A stretch of 33,945 nt of DNA from Promethearchaeota archaeon (GTDB lineage Archaea > Asgardarchaeota > Lokiarchaeia > Sigyniarchaeales > SOKP01): assembly GCA_048940645.1 (NCBI GenBank), contig JBHLOI010000039.1, forward strand, positions 1-33,945. The letters run 5' to 3'. A program made the translations under genes and the position numbers. The notes beneath the pieces are model-generated. The model did no database searches, was not told the DNA's origin, and saw nothing but the letters and a program-made list of their open reading frames with translations. Position 1 is the first letter of the stretch. Every line of letters begins with the position of its first letter. Shown one piece after another: positions 1 through 9,349 of the stretch.

Positions 1-33
1 ACCATCATTAATTATGAAAATCATTCTTTTTTA

Positions 34-258
34 ATGAAAAAACTATTAACTATATGTCCTGTATGTAAGAAACCTATTTATGGGAGAGATATTGATATTT
101 TGTCTTTAATCAACTCTAAAATTGACCATTGGCCAATTAATTATGTATATTGTCATAGTTATAATAATTATCCACTTCATTCTTTAACAATTTACCTTGA
201 CTCGAACTTCTCTGTGAGAGGTCATGAAATATCTGATTTTATTGTAGTCGAAGAATAA
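34..258 (+). CDS. Small putative zinc-binding hypothetical protein (CxxC...H-x7-H), Asgard/Loki-type; may be 5'-truncated by the window edge
   Basis: ICPVCKK...YCHS...HSLTIYLDSNFSVRGHE. The frame is also open from position 1 to the ATG at 34. Confidence 0.65.
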   Translation: MKKLLTICPVCKKPIYGRDIDILSLINSKIDHWPINYVYCHSYNNYPLHSLTIYLDSNFSVRGHEISDFIVVEE

Positions 259-383
259 CTTTACTAACCGATTTTTTTATATAATAAAAGATACTGTTCA
301 AAAGTTTGAACATACAAATTTATTTAAAGATATTAGTGATCTCTAATCACAAAAAAGAATCAAATTGCATTTTACCGAATCAT

Positions 384-2285
384 ATGAAAAATAGTATAAA
401 ATCAAGAATATTCATTTTAATTATTTTGGAAATCCTTTTCACTTTCTCAACTATAATTTCCAGCCATCTTATTTTTATTAAAGGTATTAGTAACAAAAAT
501 TCGGATGATAACAATGGTCTTAATTTAGGAAATGAAAATCTAAAATTTTTAGTAGTTTCAGGAAAAATTCATATCATCAATAATTCAGGTTGGGCAGATT
601 TTAGAAATGATGGAAATTGCACAGGTTCAGGCACTTATTCCGATCCTTATGTCATTGAAGATTTGGTTATCGATGGCGGAGGTTCGGGAAGTTGCATCTG
701 GATTGAAAATTCCGACGTATTCTTTAAAATTGAAAATTGTAACGTATATAATTCAGGAATATATCCTGGTATGGGAATTAAATTAATAAATGTTAATAAT
801 TCCCAAATAATTAATAATAATTGCTCATTTAGCTTCGCGGGAATCTATTTAGAGTATAGTAATAATAATAATCTTTCGGGAAACACCGCACATAACAACT
901 ATTATGGAAAATATTTAAGCTATAGTAAAAATAATAATCTTTTGGGAAACACCGCACATAACAACTATGAGGATGGAATACATTTATATAAGAGTGATAA
1001 TAACCACATATCGGGAAACATCGTAAACTATAACAATAAAGATGGAATAAAAATATGGATGAGTGATTATAACCAGATTTTTGGAAACTCCGCAAATAAC
1101 AATACTTCTGGAATAGATTTAGAGGGTGGTGAACACAATAAAATTTTGGGAAATTTATTCTTTAATAATCGATGGGGAATAAAATTAGGATACCATAATA
1201 GCTTTGGCACTTTTTCGGGAAACGTTATGAATGGATGTGGATTGGAGATATATGGCTCTAATACTCTTGAAGAACTATGCTCTCATGATATAGATACGAC
1301 TAATTTAGTGAATGGGAAATATCTGTATTATTATAAAAATAAAATAAATTTGAGATTAAACAATTTTCTATATGCGGGACAAGTTATTTTGGCTAATGTT
1401 AATGATTCAACCATTTCAAACTTAATATTGTTATATGGCACTTCCGGAATTTCATTATACTATTCTAATAACAACATCATTTCTGGAAACATTATCAATA
1501 AAAATTTTGAAATTGGGATATATTTAGAATGTAGTAATAATAATGAAATTTCAAAGAATTACATAAGTTACAACGATCACGGGATACATTTAAGAGAGAG
1601 TAATAATAATAAAATTTCAAAGAATTACATAAGTTACAACGATCATGGGATATGTTTAAGAGAGATTATTAATAATTTGATTTCAGGTAACATTGTCAAT
1701 AAAAATTTCGATGATGGAATTACTGATCAGCCTATCATAATGCAATCTCATGATAATACTATTACAAAAAATATTATTCAGAATAACGGTGGAAATGGGA
1801 TAAGATTGAGTGGTGATAATAATATTATTACCAAAAATAAGTTAGAGCACAACAAACAAGATGGTTTAAAATTGCATGGTGGTAATAATAATATAATTTC
1901 TGAAAATGAGATAAATGATAATTATGAATATGGGATATATGTAGTCGGTGAAAACAACAAAATATATCTAAACTGTTTTTATAATCATTTATTTAATGCT
2001 TACGATAATGGTTGGAATAATGATTGGGATAATGGAACGATAGGGAATTACTGGGATACTTGGGATCATCCCAGCTTTGATATAAATAATGATGGAATTG
2101 TAGATATTCCCTGTCCCATACCTGGTTCTGCGGGAAGTCAAGATAACTTTCCATTATTAAAATGTCCGATTTCGACTCAAGATGGTGGAGGAATTCCAAT
2201 CGAATTGATTATTTTAAGTAGTGGAGGAGTAGTGTTAGGTATATCTATACTACTCCTAATTATCAAGAAAAGGAAAAGAGTATAA
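384..2285 (+). CDS. Cell-surface right-handed parallel beta-helix (NosD/CASH, pectin-lyase-like) protein with N-terminal signal/TM and C-terminal membrane anchor
   Basis: About 22-aa repeats GIxLxxSxNNxIxGNxxxxN; GxGTxxDPYVIE motif; GNYWD..D.N.DGI.D.P..IPG...SQD.FPL terminal motif; C-terminal GGGIPIELIIL...LLLIIKKRKRV. ATG 384 is preferred to the track's TTG 306 because the hydrophobic segment follows it. Confidence 0.85.
   Translation: MKNSIKSRIFILIILEILFTFSTIISSHLIFIKGISNKNSDDNNGLNLGNENLKFLVVSGKIHIINNSGWADFRNDGNCTGSGTYSDPYVIEDLVIDGGGSGSCIWIENSDVFFKIENCNVYNSGIYPGMGIKLINVNNSQIINNNCSFSFAGIYLEYSNNNNLSGNTAHNNYYGKYLSYSKNNNLLGNTAHNNYEDGIHLYKSDNNHISGNIVNYNNKDGIKIWMSDYNQIFGNSANNNTSGIDLEGGEHNKILGNLFFNNRWGIKLGYHNSFGTFSGNVMNGCGLEIYGSNTLEELCSHDIDTTNLVNGKYLYYYKNKINLRLNNFLYAGQVILANVNDSTISNLILLYGTSGISLYYSNNNIISGNIINKNFEIGIYLECSNNNEISKNYISYNDHGIHLRESNNNKISKNYISYNDHGICLREIINNLISGNIVNKNFDDGITDQPIIMQSHDNTITKNIIQNNGGNGIRLSGDNNIITKNKLEHNKQDGLKLHGGNNNIISENEINDNYEYGIYVVGENNKIYLNCFYNHLFNAYDNGWNNDWDNGTIGNYWDTWDHPSFDINNDGIVDIPCPIPGSAGSQDNFPLLKCPISTQDGGGIPIELIILSSGGVVLGISILLLIIKKRKRV
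846..968 (+). repeat. Two near-identical 66-bp in-frame tandem units (beta-helix rungs)
   Basis: tatagta.aataataatcttt.gggaaacaccgcacataacaactat starts at 855 and again at 921. Confidence 0.85.
1515..1676 (+). repeat. Two and a half 66-bp in-frame tandem units (beta-helix rungs)
   Basis: Units start at 1515, 1581 and 1647; aaatttcaaagaattacataagttacaacgatca occurs twice. Confidence 0.85.
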
Positions 2286-2306
2286 TAAATTTATTTAAAA
2301 AGAGGT

Positions 2307-4352
2307 CTAAATCTCTTTTTCATCCGTTTCAAATAGACCAGAATATGGTTCAAGAAAGTGATTCATACACATAGGACAGCTGTTTTGTTTCGAAAGCCAG
2401 TCAGCGACACATAAATAATGATATGTGCTTCCACAGAAGGGGCAAGTAATCAATTTATCTTTAGCAAAATTTATATTTTTATGGCAAACAGTACACTGTA
2501 CTTTAGAGACAGCAACTCCTTGTCTAATTTTAACCTTTTTTGATATAATTTCTTCTAATTTAGCAACCTCTATCTGATATAAACCCAAACTTGCAGTTAA
2601 TTGATTAATTTTCGCATTGATCTCTAAAACTCGCTCTTTTAATTCTTCCTCGGATAAGCGTTCGGCTAAGAATGCTGATAATGCAAAATTTAATGGAAGG
2701 CCTTCAAAATTTTCTGTTTGTTTTGTAATTTCTGTTATTTCAGCAAACAAAATAGATTCTTCATCAATTAAATCCTTAAAACTTTTAAATATTTTATTAA
2801 TAAGCAGAGTTAAAAGAAAAGTTAATTGTTGCTTTTTCCGGATAAAATTTGTTTCCCAATGTTTAATAACATTGTACATATCAAAATTGTTTTCTTTATA
2901 TGTATCTAGTTTTATATATACTTCTTCTTTAATTTTATCAATTTTATATTTATATTCACTTAAAAGCTCTCGTATTTGTTTTAATTGCGGTAGTTCTTCT
3001 TTAATTATTTTAGAAGTTTCATCCTCATAAGAACTTATTAATTTATTAACTTCAGCGATTTTTCCATCAACATAGGCTCTAATATCAACTCTAAGCCCCT
3101 CATCTTTAATACTATTCAAGTAGATCGTATATTCCTCTTTTCGACGATAAATTTCTGAAATTAAATGTGAGATTGTCCTTTTTAATGAGTTAGTAATGCT
3201 TTCATAGGGTTTTAAAATCTTGTCAAATTCTAAAAGCCAGGTGTCGATCTCATCGATTTTAGATGAGAGATTGTCAATTTTTTCATAATAAGCATTTACA
3301 ATCTTAACAAATCTATCAATATTTCGCTCATCTGCCTTATTAATTATAGATTGGAATGTTTTATCTAATCCTAAAAAATAGTACTCGATGATTTTAGGTA
3401 AAAATTCTTTAAATTTTCCTTTCATCAAAATATCTATATCTGGTTTTCCTTTCGGACCTTCCAAATCGTATTTCTTATCAAGTTCGAAAATCTCATCAAA
3501 AATCCCTTTCAATTTATCTTCAATTGCTGAAATAATAAAGGGGCGCATCTTCGCTTTTAGCTTATGAACAATATCTTTTCTCTCAACAATATTAATAAAA
3601 TCTTCTCCTTCAAATTCCACGAAGATGCTATTTTTCTTTAACAAGAACATAAGATCCTCATAAACTAATAACTTTTTGTCTTGTTTACCTAAAAAATATT
3701 GATAAAGCTCATCAAAGTGGAATGTTATAATAATCTCTTTACGAGATCTTATTCTTATCTTAGATTTTGCTTCTACTAAACTCGTTAAGAAAATAATCAA
3801 TTCCTGAATTTCTTTCCAATAGTTTAGAGATACTGGAATTTGATTTAGTTTGAAGTTCAAATTTTTGATCTTATTTGCTTCTATCCATAAGTAAATATCA
3901 TTATCATAATCTTTTTCAATCTCTTCGGTGTGTCTTCTTAATATTGAAATATTTGTATCTGCTTCATCAATAAGATTTTTTGTTTGAACCATATAGTCAT
4001 TAAGATGTTTATTATCCCTTAAAAATCGCTTAAGATTTCTCCCATTTGCGCTTAAATTAGATAAATTGCTGGATAATAAGCTTAATTCCTCCTTAATTTC
4101 ATTTTTCAAATTTAAATAAAAAAAATTTTCTTTTTCTGAAACTAAATAGAGTTCAATAAATTTTTTAATATGTTCAATATAATGGGTATATAAATCAAGA
4201 ATTTCAGTATTAAATTTTGACTTTATAAGTTTATCTAGCTCAAGTTTATCTGAATTTAATTTTGAAATTTGAGTTTTAATTTGTAAAATTTCATCCTTAT
4301 TAAAACCCTTAATCTCTCTGGCATCATTGAAAGCGTTATTAAATAGATAAAT
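2307..4352 (-). CDS. Long coiled-coil protein with C-terminal C4HC3 RING-variant zinc finger (putative E3 ubiquitin ligase-like)
   Basis: C-x2-C-x13-C-x2-C-x4-H-x2-C-x3-WL-x5-CPxC at 2367-2495, with a heptad-rich body. The frame stays open upstream of the track's TTG 4109 to 4367; SD-like AGGTGT precedes ATT at 4352, so the start is uncertain. Confidence 0.8.
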   Translation of the reverse strand: MYLFNNAFNDAREIKGFNKDEILQIKTQISKLNSDKLELDKLIKSKFNTEILDLYTHYIEHIKKFIELYLVSEKENFFYLNLKNEIKEELSLLSSNLSNLSANGRNLKRFLRDNKHLNDYMVQTKNLIDEADTNISILRRHTEEIEKDYDNDIYLWIEANKIKNLNFKLNQIPVSLNYWKEIQELIIFLTSLVEAKSKIRIRSRKEIIITFHFDELYQYFLGKQDKKLLVYEDLMFLLKKNSIFVEFEGEDFINIVERKDIVHKLKAKMRPFIISAIEDKLKGIFDEIFELDKKYDLEGPKGKPDIDILMKGKFKEFLPKIIEYYFLGLDKTFQSIINKADERNIDRFVKIVNAYYEKIDNLSSKIDEIDTWLLEFDKILKPYESITNSLKRTISHLISEIYRRKEEYTIYLNSIKDEGLRVDIRAYVDGKIAEVNKLISSYEDETSKIIKEELPQLKQIRELLSEYKYKIDKIKEEVYIKLDTYKENNFDMYNVIKHWETNFIRKKQQLTFLLTLLINKIFKSFKDLIDEESILFAEITEITKQTENFEGLPLNFALSAFLAERLSEEELKERVLEINAKINQLTASLGLYQIEVAKLEEIISKKVKIRQGVAVSKVQCTVCHKNINFAKDKLITCPFCGSTYHYLCVADWLSKQNSCPMCMNHFLEPYSGLFETDEKEI

Positions 4353-4508
4353 TGAAATACACCTATTTTATAAAGTTCAACTCACAAATCAAAAAATTCA
4401 ACATGTAATAAAATTTTTAGCAATAAATAAGAATAAGATTTTAAAATTCAAACAATAGGTTATGTTAATATTATTACAATTTTAAATTTAAAAAAGAGAT
4501 TTGGAAAG

Positions 4509-5129
4509 TTATTCTCCAAGTTCTTTAATTTCAATAAATTTCTCTTCTGCTCCTTCTTTTGTAATAATCAGTAAATCAATTCCATTGCCAGACATAGCAT
4601 CTCTCTTAATAGCATTTCTTATAGCTTTTTCAACAAGTTTCTCACCTTCAGCAATCGTCATATCTGGTTTATATTCCGCTTCCAAAATACCATAAGATAA
4701 GAGCATTCCTGTTCCAGCAGCTCCATAATCATCTGGCATTAAAGATCCAATGGCGTCAAGTGTGTACAATTTTGGACCATCTTTATCTACTCCTGCTACA
4801 ATTAAATTAGTCAATAATGGCATCATCTTGCGCGAGTATAAAAAGTTCGAAACTAACTTAGCTAAACTTTGCGTACTTATTCGCTCACCAGCATCTAATT
4901 CGTATAGATTAGCTTGGGCTCTTAATATTTTTACTAGAATTTGAAAATCTCCTATCAGTCCATATGCAGCTAAACCAATATGATCTATAATCTTAAAGAC
5001 TTTCTGGGTGGATTTATTGACCACTGTATATCCCCAAGTCGCTCTTCTGTCGCTACCAAGAATAACACCATCCTTACATTTGATAGCTATACTTGCTGCC
5101 CCGGGGACCATAATTTCCTGTTGACTCAA
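4509..5129 (-). CDS. psmB: 20S proteasome beta-type subunit, apparently non-catalytic (no Thr1)
   Basis: IAIKCKDGVILGSDRRAT, KVFKI..HIGLAAYGLIGDFQ, LIVAGVD..GPKLY.LD..GS, RDAMSGNG. GAGGT SD before TTG. Confidence 0.93.
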   Translation of the reverse strand: MSQQEIMVPGAASIAIKCKDGVILGSDRRATWGYTVVNKSTQKVFKIIDHIGLAAYGLIGDFQILVKILRAQANLYELDAGERISTQSLAKLVSNFLYSRKMMPLLTNLIVAGVDKDGPKLYTLDAIGSLMPDDYGAAGTGMLLSYGILEAEYKPDMTIAEGEKLVEKAIRNAIKRDAMSGNGIDLLIITKEGAEEKFIEIKELGE

Positions 5130-5252
5130 AATTAATAAACCTCAAAAAATAATAATTTCAATCTTGAATTAGTTATTATTTATAAATAATAAAGAATTAA
5201 TTAAAATTTTTGTTTTAAAATATAAAATTCCTTGAATAAGGGTAAATAAAAT

Positions 5253-5993
5253 TTATTTTTTTCTCATGATAAAGAAAGTATATCCATAATATTCTGAATA
5301 ATTCCTAAACATTTCAATTTCTACGCTAAATAACCCAAGTAATTCAAGTGTTTCATTATCATTTTGGTATTTTTTGTGTAATTTTTTAATATTTTTCTCT
5401 AATGGAATATAATAATTGTCCCACCAGCTAGATTCGGGAATATTAAAGTGGGATATCAAATCTAATCCTTTAGAATTTATTGTTGATTTATTTTCTTTTA
5501 CACTTTTCATCACTGGATATTCACCTATCAAGTAATCATAAATTTCTTTCGGAGCGTTTTCCTTAAACCAACATAGCTCTGAAATCACGAGATACCCTTT
5601 TCTTTTAAGAAAAACCTGCCAATCTTCAAGTGCTTTTTCAAACCCGTAGATATACGCTGCTCCTTCTGACCAAATAATATCAAAATGATTAGCATCGAAT
5701 TTCATATCAAGCATAGATTGATTTATCGTAGTTATTCTATGAGAAAAATTCATATTCTTAACTCTTTTATCTAGTTCATCGAGATAAGGCTGATGATTAT
5801 CTAATGCTATGATTCTTCCATTTGTTAACCTTGCAAGTTCTAATGTTTGCATACCATTACCACATCCCACATCCAAAATGCTAGGCTCTGAAGGTATGTC
5901 TGCTAGATAAGAAAATGCTTTTTTTGTTGATTTGTTATCTCCAGGACCTTGTCTTGGCAAATCTGCATTAAATACTTCGTATAATATATCCAA
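5253..5993 (-). CDS. Class I SAM-dependent methyltransferase
   Basis: PRQGPG; motif I ILDVGCGNG; FDIIWSEGA; C-terminal YYGYTFFI. Confidence 0.9.
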   Translation of the reverse strand: MDILYEVFNADLPRQGPGDNKSTKKAFSYLADIPSEPSILDVGCGNGMQTLELARLTNGRIIALDNHQPYLDELDKRVKNMNFSHRITTINQSMLDMKFDANHFDIIWSEGAAYIYGFEKALEDWQVFLKRKGYLVISELCWFKENAPKEIYDYLIGEYPVMKSVKENKSTINSKGLDLISHFNIPESSWWDNYYIPLEKNIKKLHKKYQNDNETLELLGLFSVEIEMFRNYSEYYGYTFFIMRKK

Positions 5994-6076
5994 TTTCTTA
6001 CACTCTCTTATATTTTAGTACATTTTTTTCAAAACTTTTAAAATATTTTAATTCTTTTTTAGTTTTAATATTTTTA

Positions 6077-7543
6077 TCAAACGTTATCAGAATTCCAAAA
6101 GGATCTAACACCATGAAAATCATTGAAATTCTTTATATTATGCGTAAGAATATTTATTGCTGATAATATTCGATAGGTACTTGAAATGGTTCTATAGAAC
6201 GTTTTTAGGATATACTTAGGATTTCCAAAAAATTGTTTTAACATTTCCAGAATTAAAGTAGAAATTTTTTCTGTTGGAACTCCATTAGGGTCTATATCTG
6301 GAATATAAAGCCCTTTTTCCCAGTATTTATCTTCATTTAAGATACCTTTTTTTGCCAATTCATCCCAGATGTCCGTTCCAGGCATTGTGTAAAGAATATT
6401 AAAGAATGGGAAATCTATATCCAATTTTTGAGCAAATTTTAAGGTGTTATATATTTCTCCAAATGTTTCACCAGGTGCTCCAACAACAAATGACGCTATG
6501 ATAAAGGGAATTCTTGCTTTTCTAGCCTTTTTTATTGCTAAAACTGACTGAGTTGGAGTAATACCTTTTCTGTAATAATCAAGAATTCTCTGATTTACAC
6601 TTTCCACTCCAAAAAAATTAATTCTACAATTTGCCCTTTGCATATTCCTAAACATCTCATCAGAAACTTGATTGACTCTACCCTGAAAACTCCAATTCAT
6701 ATCAACTTTATTTTTTCGCATTAAGTGGCAAAGCTTTATTATCCTTTTCTTTGAAATAGTGAAATTATCATCTACGAAATTTGTAAATAGATATCCTTCA
6801 TTTTCTAAATAAAGAATTTCATCCATTATGTTTTCTATTGAACGCATTCTAAACCCAACACTTCTTTTTCCGTAGCAAAAACTACACTGATAAGGACATC
6901 CGCGGGATGAAACCATCGATGTAAAACCTTTTGGAGCAAATTCTATATTACCAAAATTTCCCTTATATGTAAAATTCAGAGATTTTCTATCGGGAAATGG
7001 TAATATATCAAGATCTTCTATTAATTTTCTCTTTTCATTTCTAATAATTTTCCCATTATACCTATATGTTATTCCTCTAATCTCCTTTAAAGGAAGTTCT
7101 TTCTCAAAGGCGCGAATTAATTCTAAAAAGGTATATTCTCCCTCATCCCTCACGCATATATCTACTTGAGGATATTTGTTTAAAATTCGATAATCATTAA
7201 CCGTTGCATGGCGATTTCCAAATATTATTTTAATATTAGGATTCCACTTTTTCACTTCTTTTGCGGTTATTGCCGCACTACTCCCTGATCCTGATACTGT
7301 TAATGTAGAAAATCCTAAAATGTCAGGATCTTTTTTTTTGATCCAATTAATAATTTGTCGTGAATCATAACCGGTTGCTGATTGGTCAATTATATCAACG
7401 CTATAATTCTCCTTCTTTAAGATGGCACTTATATAACACATACCTAAAGGGGGGTAAATATGCTGAATGTTTGCCAGCTCTCTGCTATTTTCTAAAATCT
7501 CCCCAGGTCCAGGATTAATTAAGGCTATCTTAAATTTCTTCAC
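6077..7543 (-). CDS. Cobalamin-binding radical SAM protein (class B methyltransferase/BchE-like)
   Basis: PPLG..YI.A.L B12-binding domain; SSRGCPYQCSFC; FVDDNF; FGVES; G.PGET; PGT. Confidence 0.92.
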   Translation of the reverse strand: MKKFKIALINPGPGEILENSRELANIQHIYPPLGMCYISAILKKENYSVDIIDQSATGYDSRQIINWIKKKDPDILGFSTLTVSGSGSSAAITAKEVKKWNPNIKIIFGNRHATVNDYRILNKYPQVDICVRDEGEYTFLELIRAFEKELPLKEIRGITYRYNGKIIRNEKRKLIEDLDILPFPDRKSLNFTYKGNFGNIEFAPKGFTSMVSSRGCPYQCSFCYGKRSVGFRMRSIENIMDEILYLENEGYLFTNFVDDNFTISKKRIIKLCHLMRKNKVDMNWSFQGRVNQVSDEMFRNMQRANCRINFFGVESVNQRILDYYRKGITPTQSVLAIKKARKARIPFIIASFVVGAPGETFGEIYNTLKFAQKLDIDFPFFNILYTMPGTDIWDELAKKGILNEDKYWEKGLYIPDIDPNGVPTEKISTLILEMLKQFFGNPKYILKTFYRTISSTYRILSAINILTHNIKNFNDFHGVRSFWNSDNV

Positions 7544-7602
7544 CGTTCACATATTACTTTCTTGATATATATCATTTAAACTAAAAAACATTATTAATTT
7601 TA

Positions 7603-7755
7603 TTTCTAGTTCTTATCTTTGCATACCTTTACAACATCCCATCTAAAATGCAAGGCTCTGAAGGTAAGTCTGTTAAATAAAAAAATGTTATTTCTGTAGA
7701 TACATCATCACCAGAACCTTGTCTTGTTAAATCTACATTAAATACTTCGTATAAT
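7603..7755 (-). pseudogene. Degenerate copy of the 5' part of the neighbouring methyltransferase gene
   Basis: Aligns with 5831-5985. Reads LYEVFNVDLTRQGSGDDVSTEITFFYLTDLPSEPCILD, then a 2-nt deletion in motif I and an in-frame TAA. Confidence 0.85.
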
Positions 7756-7857
7756 TTAAAAGTTTAAATTTTAGTTCTGCGACTATTATAATAAATATAT
7801 GTTATTTAACAACAATTAATTTAGTGATTTCTAAATAAAATATATATTGAGGTGGTT

Positions 7858-8607
7858 ATGATGTATGTACTTACGGGATTAGAAATCTTGCAGGGAATTT
7901 TAACCTTAGCATTCACATTAATTTCCTTTCTATTAGGTTTGTTGATTCTTAAAAAATATTTTACATTAAAGGATAAAAAATTACTTCTCGTAGGTATAAC
8001 ATGGATTTTATTGACTTCTCCGTGGTGGCCCGATTCAATATCCTTTATATTATTAATCTTTTCAGGTGGAGTGATTAATTTACATGATGCAGTTTATTTT
8101 TTTATAGCAAATGCACTTATCGCCCCAATTTATTTTACATGGGGGAAAGCATTTGCAGATTTAGTAATTAGTGAAAAACCAAATATAAAAAAGATCTTTT
8201 TAGTATCTCTGACAATTTGGGGAATATTATTCGAGATTTTGTTTTTAATCGTATTCATTAGTGATTATAATTCAGTAGGAGTACGTCAAACAGTTTTTTA
8301 CGTAGAATGGACTGACTTTATTGATATAAACTTATTAATATCCTCAGTCTTTTTTACTATTACAGGATTGTTTTTTGGAGGTAAGGCATTGAAGTCAGAA
8401 GATCCTGAGATAAAGTTAAAGGGTAAATTCTTATTAGTAGCCTTTATAACATTTACAATTGGTGCCATCATTGATATATTATTTGTTGGTGAATATAATG
8501 AATTAACCTTAGTTCTAGCAAGAACTTTTGTAATTATTGCGGCCTTTTCCTTTTATACAGGTTTTGTTCTGCCAAACTTTACGAAAAAATTATTTTTAAA
8601 AGAATAA
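7858..8607 (+). CDS. Polytopic membrane protein with about 7 TM helices, unknown function
   Basis: About seven hydrophobic segments; SD GAGGTG precedes ATG at 7858/7861. Confidence 0.8.
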   Translation: MMYVLTGLEILQGILTLAFTLISFLLGLLILKKYFTLKDKKLLLVGITWILLTSPWWPDSISFILLIFSGGVINLHDAVYFFIANALIAPIYFTWGKAFADLVISEKPNIKKIFLVSLTIWGILFEILFLIVFISDYNSVGVRQTVFYVEWTDFIDINLLISSVFFTITGLFFGGKALKSEDPEIKLKGKFLLVAFITFTIGAIIDILFVGEYNELTLVLARTFVIIAAFSFYTGFVLPNFTKKLFLKE

Positions 8608-9235
8608 CTTTTTATTTTTTTATTTTTATCTTTTTATATAGAAAAGTTAGATTGATATAATTCTATAAATAAAATTTACCTTTAATTTACTTTTATTGTT
8701 GTTCCTAATACAATAAGCTATGTGATTTCTGGATTACAATTAATGTTTTTTTCTTGACTCGATCATAACTTAATAATTATGATCAAATAATTGATGAAAT
8801 AATATTTACTGAGAATGCGAACTTTTTATTCAAAATTTCTTTAATCACCATTCTATCATATGAAATTCAAGATATACCAAGATTTTTTCAATAAGCATAA
8901 TTGCATAATTTTAAGTCTAATAAATTCAATTCATCTTTTTTCAATGGTAAATAATAATATGATCTGATGGATCACTATGTGATACTTATCATGGATAATT
9001 TATTTTGATTATATATTTTTTAATTCCCCTTTGAATCATATTGAAATCAAAGTAAAAGACCCTACATTCTGTATTAATATTTGAATAGTGGTGATACTAA
9101 CAAAATTAATTCATTTTTGATATGTGATCAATTTCTAATATATCACAGATGGTGACCATTTATTCAAAACAAAAATTTTTTGTCGTGATTTTTTATGCAT
9201 TTATTTTCCCACCTTCTTCACACTACTACATAACA

Positions 9236-9340
9236 TTTAAATAACTCTTCCGATATATTATTATCTAAGATACTCTAAAAATAACTTCAAAAAAAATTAA
9301 AAATTAAAAAGATAAAAAAATTTACACAAAAAAGTGGAGG
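9236..9340 (+). promoter_or_regulatory. Putative TATA box (TTTAAATA, 9236-9243) and SD (GTGGAGG, 9334-9340) of the histone gene
   Basis: Archaeal consensus-like TATA about 105 nt upstream of the ATG; strong SD 9 nt before the ATG. Confidence 0.45.
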
Positions 9341-9349
9341 AATGAAATT

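Noticed and set aside
306-383. Track TTG start of the beta-helix protein
   Set aside because: ATG 384 places a basic N-region directly before the hydrophobic signal; the extra 26 codons look like promoter/UTR.
846-1676. 66-bp repeats as a possible CRISPR array
   Set aside because: Tandem, in frame, no unique spacers, and no cas genes.
829-4944. Short track ORFs 829-1095, 1993-2199, 2617-3030, 4501-4695 and 4750-4944
   Set aside because: Antisense shadows of well-supported genes, with no motifs.
9123-9147. TGTGA...TCACA as a CRP/FNR site
   Set aside because: The spacer is 15 nt, not 6; kept only as part of the motif array.
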